Part shown: positions 19,659 to 28,120 of the stretch, in pieces
Layout: every line of letters starts with the position of its first letter
Position numbering within the stretch: the first letter of the stretch is position 1
DNA from: Phycisphaerae bacterium
GTDB taxonomy: Bacteria; Planctomycetota; Phycisphaerae; UBA1845; Fen-1342
DNA: 64,000 nt
Reading direction: 5' to 3'
Assembly: GCA_963675745.2 (NCBI GenBank)
Contig: CAXXWX010000013.1
Location: 121,523-185,522 of the forward strand
Position numbers and translations under genes: made by a program
The notes under the pieces: model-generated
Told to the model about the DNA's origin: nothing
Seen by the model: the letters and a program-made list of their open reading frames with translations, nothing else
Database searches by the model: none

Positions 19659-21590
19659 CTATCTCGAATTGGCTCGTTGGTGCTCGGCGCGCACGTTCAC
19701 AGCACTATCGGCGCACGACGCTGCAAGGGGGTCCGACGACGTATGAGCAAACGCGGCACTTCGCCGTGGTGACTGGAGTTTCGGCGACGGGAGATGCTCG
19801 ATCGCCCAATTGATCTCCTCGCCGCTGGCTGCATCGATCATCGGGATGCGGGCCACGCGGAGGCCTTCGTAGACTTTCACCGGACCGTGTTTGAGCCGCC
19901 AAGCCCAGGTGAGCATCCTGGGGATAGTCAGCAACAGCCCGATCTGTCCGATGAACTGGTACAAGAGACGTCTCGAGGATACAGCGTCCTTGCGGATTCT
20001 CAGCAGTGCGCGGGCGGCATTGACCGGGTTGTAAAACGTGAAATAGGCGCGCAGCAGGTTCAACTGCTGCTGCCAGGGCTGCGGGTGTTGTGACGCCACG
20101 ACGTGATTACCGTCCTGCAACGCATTCGGCACAGGCTTCCTGCCCACACATTCAAACACGGACCCGGAAGTCAAGGCCGGCTCCAGGATGCGCGTGCCGA
20201 TGGCGGGGCCCAGGTAGGTGCATTGATAGCTCACCGCGCCCTGATCGAACACGTAACGCGCCTGGTTCAGCAGGCCGGAAAGATTGGTCGGGCCCGAACG
20301 CAGCGGCTGCGTGTCGCTGTGGATCATCATCACGTGCGCCTGAATACCGAGATTGTGCATCAACGCAAAGAGCTGTCCGGTACGGTCCGCGCTCTGGCCC
20401 TTCTTCACGAGTTTGCCGGTGAGGTCTTCAATCCCAAACCACAGCCCGCGCAGTCCGGCCTTGCGACACAACGGCAGCAGATCCCGGTTCTTGAATACGT
20501 CCGCCTGAGTCGCTTCGGTGTAAAACCTGATCCGTTTGCCGAGCGGTACACCGTCGGTGGTGGACCGGTCGAGTTCGCGCATCAGCGTTTCGACCGTATC
20601 GCGATCGTTAAAGAAGTTGTCATCGGTCCCAAAGAAAGCACCGATTCCGAAGCTCTCGTGGATGTGCTTGATCTCTCCCGCAAAACGTCGCGGGCTCTTG
20701 TGTCGCCGTGTGCGCTGGTTTGCGGCGGGAATCGGGCAGTAGGGGCAATTGAAGCGGCAGCCCTGCGTGGCGATTACCGAGGCGATGGGCGATAGCCTGC
20801 CGATGCGCTTTGGTGTGCAAGGCTGCGCGGCCAGCGTGTGGCGGCGGTGCGGCGGCTCGATCATGCGAAAGCCGGCGTCAGGCATCGGCAGTTCATCGAG
20901 GTCGCGCAGGAGCCGCTGCACGCCCGTGTTGACGGCGACCGGTTCGCAGCTATGCGCGTCCGGCGACAGATACACCAGTCCCGGCACACTCTTGAGCCGG
21001 CCACTCAGCCGGGCGTTGTCGAAAGCAGCGCGCGCGGTTTGATGATCATGCCGATCCGCCAGGATGGTATGCAGCAGGTCCAGGAGCACGAAGGCTTCGC
21101 CGGTGGCGACACAGTCGGCACCGATGCCCGGCTGTGGACCGATCTCGAAGAAGTCGGTCGGCTCGTAGATGGCCTTGGGGCCTCCCGCGAGTATCAGCGG
21201 GCGCTCATCACCCATGCGGTGCGCATCTCGAACCAGCTCATACGCCGGCTTGACGTGTACCTGCATGGACGACACCAGCAGGATGTCCAACGGTCTGCCG
21301 TTGAGCTGCATGCGGCTGGGCAGAACATTCGGCGACCACTGCTGCAACACGATGCGGAGGTTGCGGAAACCGGCATCGTGCAGCACGTCCCCCAGCAGGC
21401 GAACCGAGCAGGGCGCCATCCGCTTGTCCGCGTACCAATAAGGCAGCATCCGCGTGCGGAAATCAAACGCGTTGACTATTCCGATCGCCAGCTCGTGAGC
21501 ATGCTTGAACTGCCGCAGGGCGTCGACGCGCTCCCGGAATCGGTCGTCCGGCAGGTAGACATCATCACGGTCTCTTCGTGGAAGTTCCAT
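19659..21590 (-). CDS. B12-binding-domain radical SAM protein
   Basis: QGCRFNCPYC (CxxxCxxC), GTDDNFF, WFGIE; N-terminal cobalamin-binding-like region (ILAGGP, GEA). Confidence 0.85.
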   Translation of the reverse strand: MELPRRDRDDVYLPDDRFRERVDALRQFKHAHELAIGIVNAFDFRTRMLPYWYADKRMAPCSVRLLGDVLHDAGFRNLRIVLQQWSPNVLPSRMQLNGRPLDILLVSSMQVHVKPAYELVRDAHRMGDERPLILAGGPKAIYEPTDFFEIGPQPGIGADCVATGEAFVLLDLLHTILADRHDHQTARAAFDNARLSGRLKSVPGLVYLSPDAHSCEPVAVNTGVQRLLRDLDELPMPDAGFRMIEPPHRRHTLAAQPCTPKRIGRLSPIASVIATQGCRFNCPYCPIPAANQRTRRHKSPRRFAGEIKHIHESFGIGAFFGTDDNFFNDRDTVETLMRELDRSTTDGVPLGKRIRFYTEATQADVFKNRDLLPLCRKAGLRGLWFGIEDLTGKLVKKGQSADRTGQLFALMHNLGIQAHVMMIHSDTQPLRSGPTNLSGLLNQARYVFDQGAVSYQCTYLGPAIGTRILEPALTSGSVFECVGRKPVPNALQDGNHVVASQHPQPWQQQLNLLRAYFTFYNPVNAARALLRIRKDAVSSRRLLYQFIGQIGLLLTIPRMLTWAWRLKHGPVKVYEGLRVARIPMIDAASGEEINWAIEHLPSPKLQSPRRSAAFAHTSSDPLAASCADSAVNVRAEHQRANSR

Positions 21591-21593
21591 CGC

Positions 21594-21878
21594 TCAGTCT
21601 CGATGACGTTCGTTGCGGTACAGTCTGAGTCCCGACTTCGGGTCGCTCTTGCGAACATCCAGCGTCGTGTTTGCCAACGCCTTCGATACGGCCTCATCCA
21701 GCAGCAGCACCTTGCGGCCATCGTGCGTAAACGCTGTGTCGTCAGCGGATTCGTGATCGAGGCGCAACGTCCAACCACCTTCGCGGCGTGTGAACCTCAG
21801 GGCCATGCCTTGAGCGGCCTTCTTGCGGGCCAGCCGGTTGGATAAGCGACCAAGTGCGGTTTTCGTTACGGTCAACAT
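21594..21878 (-). CDS. HesB/IscA-like small protein lacking cysteines
   Basis: MLTVTKTAL..L......ALR.......L.LD.....D......GRKVLLLD pattern; 3 nt upstream of the radical SAM start. Confidence 0.7.
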   Translation of the reverse strand: MLTVTKTALGRLSNRLARKKAAQGMALRFTRREGGWTLRLDHESADDTAFTHDGRKVLLLDEAVSKALANTTLDVRKSDPKSGLRLYRNERHRD

Positions 21879-21975
21879 GTTCCACCATCCATTCTTCCAT
21901 CGATTGGCCGCGGCGCGGCGGGCGCTCCGACCTGGCAACGCTAATACCGACCACGCCGCGCCCTTCCGAAGCGCC

Positions 21976-22407
21976 TCATGTTCCGGCCGAGTCCTCTGCG
22001 GAAGGATCACCGTTGCTCCAAACGTCGGTTTCGACGTTGTCTGCAAGCAGGAAGACCTGCACGACCGTGCCGCTCGCGAACGTTCTGACCACTGCACCGG
22101 TACTCGGCTCGACCTCAGCGGTCGCCTCACGCACCTTCGCGCCGGTAATCCGTTCAATGTCGCGCCGGAGTGTGCCCGCGGCGCTGGCGAAAAGCTGCCG
22201 GTGATACTCCTGTACCCTGGCGGCGCCGTCGGGACTCTTGGCCAGGGCCTTCTCGGCTTCTGACATGGCTCCATGCAGCGTTATGACCAGCGCATCGTTG
22301 CTCAGCACGACCGTAGCGGACGTTGGGGCATGGCCGGTTCGTTCGCGCTCGAACGTCTTGGCCGCTTGGGCAATCTGCTGCGCCATGCTCGATTTGGGCT
22401 TGTCCAA
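21976..22407 (-). CDS. DUF2294 (MpsC-like) protein, paralog 1
   Basis: FERERTGHAP, LVITLHGAMSEAEKAL, QEYHRQLF, IERITGAKV; TTG start with AAGGA RBS. Confidence 0.85.
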   Translation of the reverse strand: MDKPKSSMAQQIAQAAKTFERERTGHAPTSATVVLSNDALVITLHGAMSEAEKALAKSPDGAARVQEYHRQLFASAAGTLRRDIERITGAKVREATAEVEPSTGAVVRTFASGTVVQVFLLADNVETDVWSNGDPSAEDSAGT

Positions 22408-22454
22408 AAGAGCTTATCCTTGTCGGTTGCTGCCGTCCCTGAAATTGAAGCCAT

Positions 22455-22504
22455 AGAAAAAGCCGATGTGGTCGAACACGCGGTGTGTTCGACCACATCG
22501 GCTT
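22455..22504 (-). terminator. Intrinsic terminator (attenuator) in the leader of the DUF2294 operon
   Basis: Perfect 20-bp inverted repeat 22460-22479 / 22485-22504, ending in a UUUUUCU tract on the minus strand, about 50 nt upstream of the start codon. Confidence 0.85.
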
Positions 22505-22562
22505 ACTCGTCAACGAGCCCTCCGGCCGTAGCCGGGTTGCCCTTCAAATCGTCATCCGACGT
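22455..22562 (-). ncRNA. Candidate cis-regulatory leader RNA (riboswitch/attenuator-like)
   Basis: CCGGC-UACG-GCCGG tetraloop hairpin (22522-22535); 5' ACGUCGG (22556-22562) can pair with CCGAUGU (22495-22501) in the terminator 5' arm. Confidence 0.65.
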
Positions 22563-22599
22563 CTGAGCGCCAATTCACGAGCGGAACATTGCACGGGCT

Positions 22600-22650
22600 T
22601 TGCGCTCGCATGCACTGAGATTATTATAACACACCGCCGGTGGGAGGCAA
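22600..22650. promoter_or_regulatory. Overlapping divergent sigma70-like promoters
   Basis: Minus strand: TTGCCT (22650-22645)-N16-TATAAT (22628-22623) with TGn extension. Plus strand: TTGCGC (22600-22605)-N16-TATTAT (22622-22627). Confidence 0.65.
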
Positions 22651-22764
22651 GCGAGTGTCCCCCGGCAGGGCAGTGTGCAACGGGCCGCGTGAAAGAGAGC
22701 GGCGCACATCCGCATGGTCTCGCCTGCGGCCGTAGCCAGCTTGACGAAACGCGTTGAGGGCATC

Positions 22765-23145
22765 ATGAAGACCCAGGGAGAAATCGAAGCCGCGATTTGT
22801 GAAGGTGTCCGGCGTTTTGAGCAGGAGTACATGGGCCGAGGCCCCAAGGACATTCACACGCACTTGATTGGCGATCTTCTCGTCGTTCGACTTCTGGGGG
22901 TTTTGACCGCAGCCGAGCAGCAGCTCGTCGACTCGCTTCCGGCGGACAAAGGGCGAGGACTGCTCAAGCAGGTCAGAACGCAGTTGATCGAAACCGCCCG
23001 CCCGGTCCTCGAGACCACGGTTCAGGAAGTCACCGGCAGCGAGGTCGTCAGCCTGCACCACGATATCAGCACACTCACCGGTGAGGAAATCGTGCTCTTC
23101 ACTCTGGCCAAGCCTCCCGCGTTTCGCGAGAAGAAGTCCAAGTGA
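22765..23145 (+). CDS. DUF2294 (MpsC-like) protein, paralog 2
   Basis: MKTQGEIEAAIC..RRFEQEYMGRGPKDI, GVLTAAEQQL, LHHDISTLTGEE..LFTL; GAGG RBS. Confidence 0.9.
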   Translation: MKTQGEIEAAICEGVRRFEQEYMGRGPKDIHTHLIGDLLVVRLLGVLTAAEQQLVDSLPADKGRGLLKQVRTQLIETARPVLETTVQEVTGSEVVSLHHDISTLTGEEIVLFTLAKPPAFREKKSK

Positions 23146-23173
23146 GAAGCTACTGGACAGTGCCGGCCCGCCG

Positions 23174-23416
23174 CTAGTGCTCGCTTGAGTCGGCGCTTCC
23201 CTCGTCCGCACCGCGCACACCCTCCCCAACATCGTGCACACCCACGCCATCATCGCGCATGACCTCGCCGTTTTCATCGAGCGTTGCGGCATCGGCATCG
23301 GCGCGGTTCTGGCGGCGTTCACGTTTCTGGGCGGCTTTCTCGGCTTTGTCGAGTTCGCGCTGCCGCTTCTGATACTCGCGTTGGCGTTTCTGAACGGACG
23401 GTCGCTTTCGTGCCAT
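23174..23416 (-). CDS. Small protein with basic coiled-coil N-terminus and acidic tail
   Basis: MARKRPSVQKRQRE...KAAQKRERR; AAGGGAG RBS; downstream of the RRM gene. Confidence 0.7.
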   Translation of the reverse strand: MARKRPSVQKRQREYQKRQRELDKAEKAAQKRERRQNRADADAATLDENGEVMRDDGVGVHDVGEGVRGADEGSADSSEH

Positions 23417-23786
23417 CTTGACTCCCTTACGGGTTAGATCGGCGGCGTATGGTCGGGTTGCCATCACCATCGAGCAAACATTGAGAACGCCGACCGCAGC
23501 TCGGGCGAGTCACGTGAACGCCGCCAGCCGATGCCCGCGCCGCGTCCCAGCGAGCTGTTCGCCGAGTTGCCACCGTGCGAAACCGGCGTCGCCTCGACCT
23601 GCTCACGCGGCATATCGATCGCGTATCGCGCATGGGCCAATCTACGGCCCGTCGCTTGCAGATTCCGCACGCTGCATACGCCCGAAGCGCGCGCTGGCCG
23701 CTGTGTCACGGCCGGCATGTCGAGCTACCCTGCGCCGCGCACGCCCGGCGTGGCCGGCAGACCGGCGCGTGTTGTCAGCGTAAGGC

Positions 23787-24077
23787 CTACCAGCGTCCGC
23801 CGCGTCGGCCACCGCTGTTGCCGGCCGGGCGTGGCTTGGCTTCGTTGACCTTGATCGTACGGCCACCGCACTCCGTGCCATCCAGTGCCGCGATCGCCGC
23901 CTCAGCCTCCGCGTCCGAGCTCATTTCGACAAACCCGAAGCCCTTGCTGCGGCCGGTATCGCGGTCGTTGATCACGGTCGCGCTGTCCACGGTCCCATGG
24001 TCGGCGAACATCTGCTGAAGGTCATTGCCGGTAACGTCATAGCCAAGGTTTCCCACGTACAGTTTCCTACCCATCAT
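23787..24077 (-). CDS. RRM (RNP-1) RNA-binding protein
   Basis: KLYVGNL (RNP2), DRDTGRSKGFGFVEM (RNP1), VNEAKPR, Gly/Arg-rich tail. Confidence 0.95.
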   Translation of the reverse strand: MMGRKLYVGNLGYDVTGNDLQQMFADHGTVDSATVINDRDTGRSKGFGFVEMSSDAEAEAAIAALDGTECGGRTIKVNEAKPRPAGNSGGRRGGRW

Positions 24078-24613
24078 GAATCTCCAATTGTCCCAATGAC
24101 CGTGATCTCCCGCCTCGCCCTGACCGCGTTGGGTCCGCTATTGGCCAACCGGACGGCGGTTCGTGCCGGCCGGGCCGTCTGGCAGCCCCTGAGATGCGGG
24201 CCCAGCCGGACGGTGTCCTCTTTCCCACGGAAATCAGGCCGGTATCGAAGTGGCAGTGCTGGGGAGGCGTGAACTCGGATTCTCGGGCTCTCTAAGTTAC
24301 CTGCGGCGCGTTCGCCGCTGCTTGCTGCCCAACGACGTACAGCGCAGACCGGGGCAGATCTGCATGCTGCGCATGCGTCGGGCCATCCATCGAGCCTCAG
24401 TGATCTATCCCGTTTCGGGAAAAGGCACCCGCTGACCCCGGGCGGACGCTCAGGAAGAGGGAGGATCATAGAAGATCGCTACAGTGGTAGCGTAGCCGGG
24501 TGGGCCCCGGCGGGCAACCGCGATTCCCGATATATCTGCCACCGCCGAGCGGAGGCCCCGCGGCCGGGCATCCGCGCGGCATGGAGAGTGTGTTTTTTGG
24601 CGCTCGGTGAGGC

Positions 24614-24670
24614 TTGACTTCAGCGGGAGATATGTTACACTCCCGTAGGAGTGTGTTGGGGGTGTAATGG
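24614..24670 (+). promoter_or_regulatory. Putative promoter with overlapping palindromic operator
   Basis: TTGACT-N16-TACACT with TGn; inverted repeat acactcc-cgta-ggagtgt (24637-24654) over the -10/+1 region. Confidence 0.55.
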
Positions 24671-24679
24671 GAGTGCCGT

Positions 24680-24919
24680 TTGGCGAAAAAGAAACACGGT
24701 GCCGGCAAGAACGTGACGCTCAAGATCCCCGCCGCGTTATATCAGAACCTGGCGCAGCTCATCGAGGGGACGGGTTTCAGGAGTGTCACCGAGTTCGCGG
24801 TGCATGTGCTTCGTGACGTGGCCAGTGGCGGCAGCCTGGATCTGGGCGCCACCGGGTTTACGGCTCGCGAAGTGCAGTCGGTCCGCGAGCGGCTCCGGGC
24901 TCTGGGTTACATCGAGTAG
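24680..24919 (+). CDS. CopG/ribbon-helix-helix regulator
   Basis: VTLKIP..LY..L...IEGTGFRSVTEF...VLR; ends RLRALGYIE; GGGAG RBS with TTG start. Confidence 0.8.
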   Translation: MAKKKHGAGKNVTLKIPAALYQNLAQLIEGTGFRSVTEFAVHVLRDVASGGSLDLGATGFTAREVQSVRERLRALGYIE

Positions 24920-25029
24920 TCGTAGCTTTCCGCAATTTTAACAGGCGACCAAGCCTCCGCGGGGAGGGTCTGCGCGCTTCGCGCGCTGGTCACCGGCTTG
25001 CGCGTACGAACGAATCAGGAGACGCCTTC

Positions 25030-25953
25030 ATGTGGAAACAGAGATCGCGCGAGTTTCTTCTTGAACTCGGCAAGGCGAGCATACGCAGTCGACGGGTCCG
25101 GCTATGGTCGGCGGCCGTCCTGCTGATCGTGTTGGCGCTGGTGGTGCAAACGGTCTGGCCGCAGTTCAGCCTGTTGCCCCGGCGCGAGGGTTCACTGGGG
25201 GCTGGTGTCGTACTCGTGGTCTTCCTGGCGGCACTCATGTGCGAATACGTCGACTCGACGCTTGGCATGGGCTACGGAACGACGCTGACGCCGCTCTTAT
25301 TGCTGGCCGGCTTTGCGCCGCTCCAGATCGTTCCGGCGGTTCTGCTGAGCGAGTTCATTACCGGCATCAGCGCCGGCCTGCTGCACCACCGCGACGGCAA
25401 TGTGGATTTCCTGCGTGATCACAAGGTGAGAGGTACCGCGATTCTGCTGTCGGTGCTCAGCGTTGTCGGGGCCGTGGCCGCCGTAACGCTTGCCATGCGC
25501 ATCCCGAAGTTCTGGCTGTCGGCGATCATCGCCACCATCGTGCTGTCGGTCGGCGTGGTGATTCTGGCGACGGTTCGCCAGCAATTGGCTTATCGGCGCA
25601 GTCACATCCTGGTGCTGGGGGCAGTGGCCTCGTTCAATAAGGGGCTGAGCGGAGGTGGGTATGGCCCGCTGGTAACCGGCGGCCAACTGGTTTCGGGCAT
25701 ATCGGCAAGGCAAGCCGTGGCGATCACCTCGCTCGCGGAGGGCCTGACCTGCTTCGTCGGCTTGACCGCCTACTTGTGTATGGGCGGCGGCCTGTACTGG
25801 TGGCTCGCCGTTCCGTTGACATTGGGCGCGGTGCTCTCGGTTCCGATTGCCACGCTGACCGTGCGCGCGCTGCCCGAGAGATTCATGCGCGCGAGCGTGG
25901 GGGTGGTCACTTGCCTGTTGGGTGTCCTCGCGTTTGCAAAGCTGCTTTGGTGA
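25030..25953 (+). CDS. Sulfite exporter TauE/SafE family protein
   Basis: DSTLGMGYGTTLTPLL and NKGLSGGGYGP internal repeat; multi-TM. Confidence 0.88.
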   Translation: MWKQRSREFLLELGKASIRSRRVRLWSAAVLLIVLALVVQTVWPQFSLLPRREGSLGAGVVLVVFLAALMCEYVDSTLGMGYGTTLTPLLLLAGFAPLQIVPAVLLSEFITGISAGLLHHRDGNVDFLRDHKVRGTAILLSVLSVVGAVAAVTLAMRIPKFWLSAIIATIVLSVGVVILATVRQQLAYRRSHILVLGAVASFNKGLSGGGYGPLVTGGQLVSGISARQAVAITSLAEGLTCFVGLTAYLCMGGGLYWWLAVPLTLGAVLSVPIATLTVRALPERFMRASVGVVTCLLGVLAFAKLLW

Positions 25954-26004
25954 CAGCATCGCGGGCTGCGGAGATTCGCAGTCCCGCTTGTCGGAGGAAG
26001 ATGC

Positions 26005-26382
26005 ATGAATGTGACACGCCTGGCGGTGAGCGCTCTGCTCTTGTTGCTGGTCTGCGGCTGCGCGCTGCAGGAGATTCGCAGCAAGACCCGGGGCGGGCCG
26101 GAGTATCGGCATAGCGGCGCAGCCGACACGAACAGCGATCGTTGGATGATTGAGCAGGGGGTCGAGTTCAGGTGGGACAACGGCGTGAACACCGGAGTGA
26201 GTTACCGCCGCCGCGACGTGGATGACGGCAACGGGGACAACGAGAACCTCGTGATGCTCGAACTCTCCTTTCCGCTGTGGAAAGCAAAGCCCAAGCCGTC
26301 ACAACTCGCGCTGCGTGTTGAACGGCTTGAACAGAAACTGGCCGAGTTGGAAACCGGCACATCGCATGGAGAAACGCAGTGA
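26005..26382 (+). CDS. Secreted hypothetical (lipo)protein, beta-rich with C-terminal coiled coil
   Basis: GGAGG RBS; LLLLLVCGC signal/lipobox. Confidence 0.65.
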   Translation: MNVTRLAVSALLLLLVCGCALQEIRSKTRGGPEYRHSGAADTNSDRWMIEQGVEFRWDNGVNTGVSYRRRDVDDGNGDNENLVMLELSFPLWKAKPKPSQLALRVERLEQKLAELETGTSHGETQ

Positions 26383-26555
26383 GCAATACAGGGAGATGGT
26401 ACGCGTGGTTCATCATCACGGCCGCTGGTGTCTTCACGGGCGGCTGTGTGGACGCCGTACGTGACGGCGTTACAGAAGGCGTCTCCGGCGGCCTCGCCGG
26501 ACTGATCGAGTCGATCATCACCGACATCGCGGACACGGCGCTCGGAAGCGCGTAA
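26379..26555 (+). CDS. 58-aa predicted lipoprotein (below the ORF track length cutoff)
   Basis: GTGA overlap with the upstream stop, GGAGA RBS; MSNTGRWYAWFIITAAGVFTGGC-VDAVRDGVTEGVSGGLAGLIESIITDIADTALGSA. Confidence 0.7.
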   Translation: MSNTGRWYAWFIITAAGVFTGGCVDAVRDGVTEGVSGGLAGLIESIITDIADTALGSA

Positions 26556-26894
26556 CGCATGGCGCGAATCCGGCGCGCGGTCGTCGTGCCGCCGCCATGC
26601 TCAGCATCGCAACATGGTCCTCGCCATGGCGGGCGGCCCACCGTTCAGCGTGAAACGACAAAACGGTGGGCCGCGCCGGCTACCTGAAGTTTCCGGCGGG
26701 AAATGCCAAGGTCGAGCGGTCGGGGGTACACGCCACGGAGCTCCGATGTTCCTTGACACTGTCGGCCCGGCAAAGCGACAATGCGGGCCGAACGCCGTAG
26801 CGACGGTCAACTCGCACAGGGGCAAGCTGTTATGACTGACGAATTGTCTCCGGGTGCGGCGGCTATGTGAACACATGTTGAGACTGAGCAGAGC

Positions 26895-27455
26895 GTGAAG
26901 GCAGTCTTCGTCATCGCCGTCTTTGGCCTGATTTCAAGCGCGGTCGCGCACTTCAGCACTTTCCTGGGCGTCAATCCGCGACCCGTGTTTCCTCTGGTCT
27001 GGGCACTTGGTGCTCTCCTCATCGTGGTCTGGACTACGGTGGTTCTTTGGCTGCGCCGAATCTGCACCGCCGACAACCAGATGGACATTTGGAAGATCGC
27101 AACGCGTAATGCTCCCGCTTGGATGAAAGTCCTGCTGATTGCTTTCGTTGCATACGGCATCTTCAGTTTCTTCTTTACCGTTTTTGTCCTGACCGAAGGT
27201 GGCGTGGCCTCGGAACGGGATGGCAGGAAGGTGCTCGAGAGTCACGGCGAGATTATTCGAACATTGACGGATGAAGAGTACGAAACGCACCATGCGTACA
27301 CTGTGCGGATATTCTCAGGGCATTTCATGATCTTCTATGCCGTCGGGACGACCGTGCTATTCTCGCGGCTGAAAGAGGAATCCAGCCAAGAGCGCTGGAG
27401 CCGACGTCCTAGACGCCGCGTCGAGTTCTGCTCTGTCGCGTGCATGGCACTGTAA
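26895..27455 (+). CDS. Hypothetical membrane protein (about 4 TM)
   Basis: Hydrophobic segments; more AT-rich than flanks. Confidence 0.65.
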   Translation: MKAVFVIAVFGLISSAVAHFSTFLGVNPRPVFPLVWALGALLIVVWTTVVLWLRRICTADNQMDIWKIATRNAPAWMKVLLIAFVAYGIFSFFFTVFVLTEGGVASERDGRKVLESHGEIIRTLTDEEYETHHAYTVRIFSGHFMIFYAVGTTVLFSRLKEESSQERWSRRPRRRVEFCSVACMAL

Positions 27456-27573
27456 CGGCCTGCGCCTCGCAGGCCGCATGACGCGGGCAGGGCTCTCTCG
27501 CTGCGCCGGCCGGCGAGGCGCCGGCCGCTACATTGCCGCCGGCAATGCGCCGGTCGCTACATTGCCGCCGGCG
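27452..27573. repeat. Inverted REP doublet (REPIN-like) plus partial tandem copy
   Basis: gtaa-cggcctgcg-cct-cgcaggccg (27452-27476), an inverted copy at 27507-27531, then cgccgg(c/t)cgctacattgccgccggc twice. Confidence 0.75.
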
Positions 27574-27679
27574 GCCATGGCGGATAAACATCGCGCCCCG
27601 TTCCTTGGCGGGACGGGGCGCGCTTGGGAGCTTGTTTGTGGGGAGGTCGGCCGGTTGCCAACCTCACGTGGCCGGCCAA

Positions 27680-27958
27680 TCACCAGCCTGAGGTATAGGT
27701 GAATCCGTCGCCGGCGATGTAGAAGCCGGTGTCGTCACCGTTGACGGCGGTGTCGGTGTACCAGTTGTAGTAGCCGGAATCGTCGCCGTAGCCGGTATCC
27801 CAGCCGTAATCGTCGCCCCAGCCACCATCGTAACCCCAGCCGTCAAAGAGGCCGCCGAGGTCGGGGAAAAGCTCGTCGCAGCCGGCGCTGGCGAGCAATC
27901 CGCCGGCCAACAGGGCCGCAATCAGCACGCGTCGGAGAGTGATCATCTGCTTGTTCAT
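27680..27958 (-). CDS. Small secreted lipoprotein rich in Gly/Asp/Tyr/Trp
   Basis: AAAGGA RBS; MNKQ..RRVLIAALLAGGLLASAGC lipobox; low-complexity mature part. Confidence 0.75.
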   Translation of the reverse strand: MNKQMITLRRVLIAALLAGGLLASAGCDELFPDLGGLFDGWGYDGGWGDDYGWDTGYGDDSGYYNWYTDTAVNGDDTGFYIAGDGFTYTSGW

Positions 27959-28120
27959 GGCTTGTCCTTTCTGCGTGAAGCACCCGGCGATTCCTGGCTC
28001 CAGTCGAGTAAACGGTCGGCCGGCCGGCCGATTAGCCCGCTGGCGGATTTTTCTTTTGCACCTCACGCTCGTAAAATAGGATCTTGTTCGGACGCTCCCG
28101 CGATCATCCGTGGAGTCGCC

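Noticed and set aside
21594..21878. HesB-like selenoprotein
   Set aside because: No internal TGA at a Cys-equivalent position; the only TGA is the terminal stop, 3 nt before the next gene.
22273..22757. ORFs 22273-22566 and 22485-22757 on the plus strand
   Set aside because: They overlap the leader hairpins, promoter and DUF2294 gene, and are better explained as shadows of structured non-coding RNA.
27680..27958. RiPP precursor peptide
   Set aside because: It has a lipoprotein signal rather than a RiPP leader, and no modifying enzymes are adjacent; the radical SAM gene is 6 kb away in another operon.
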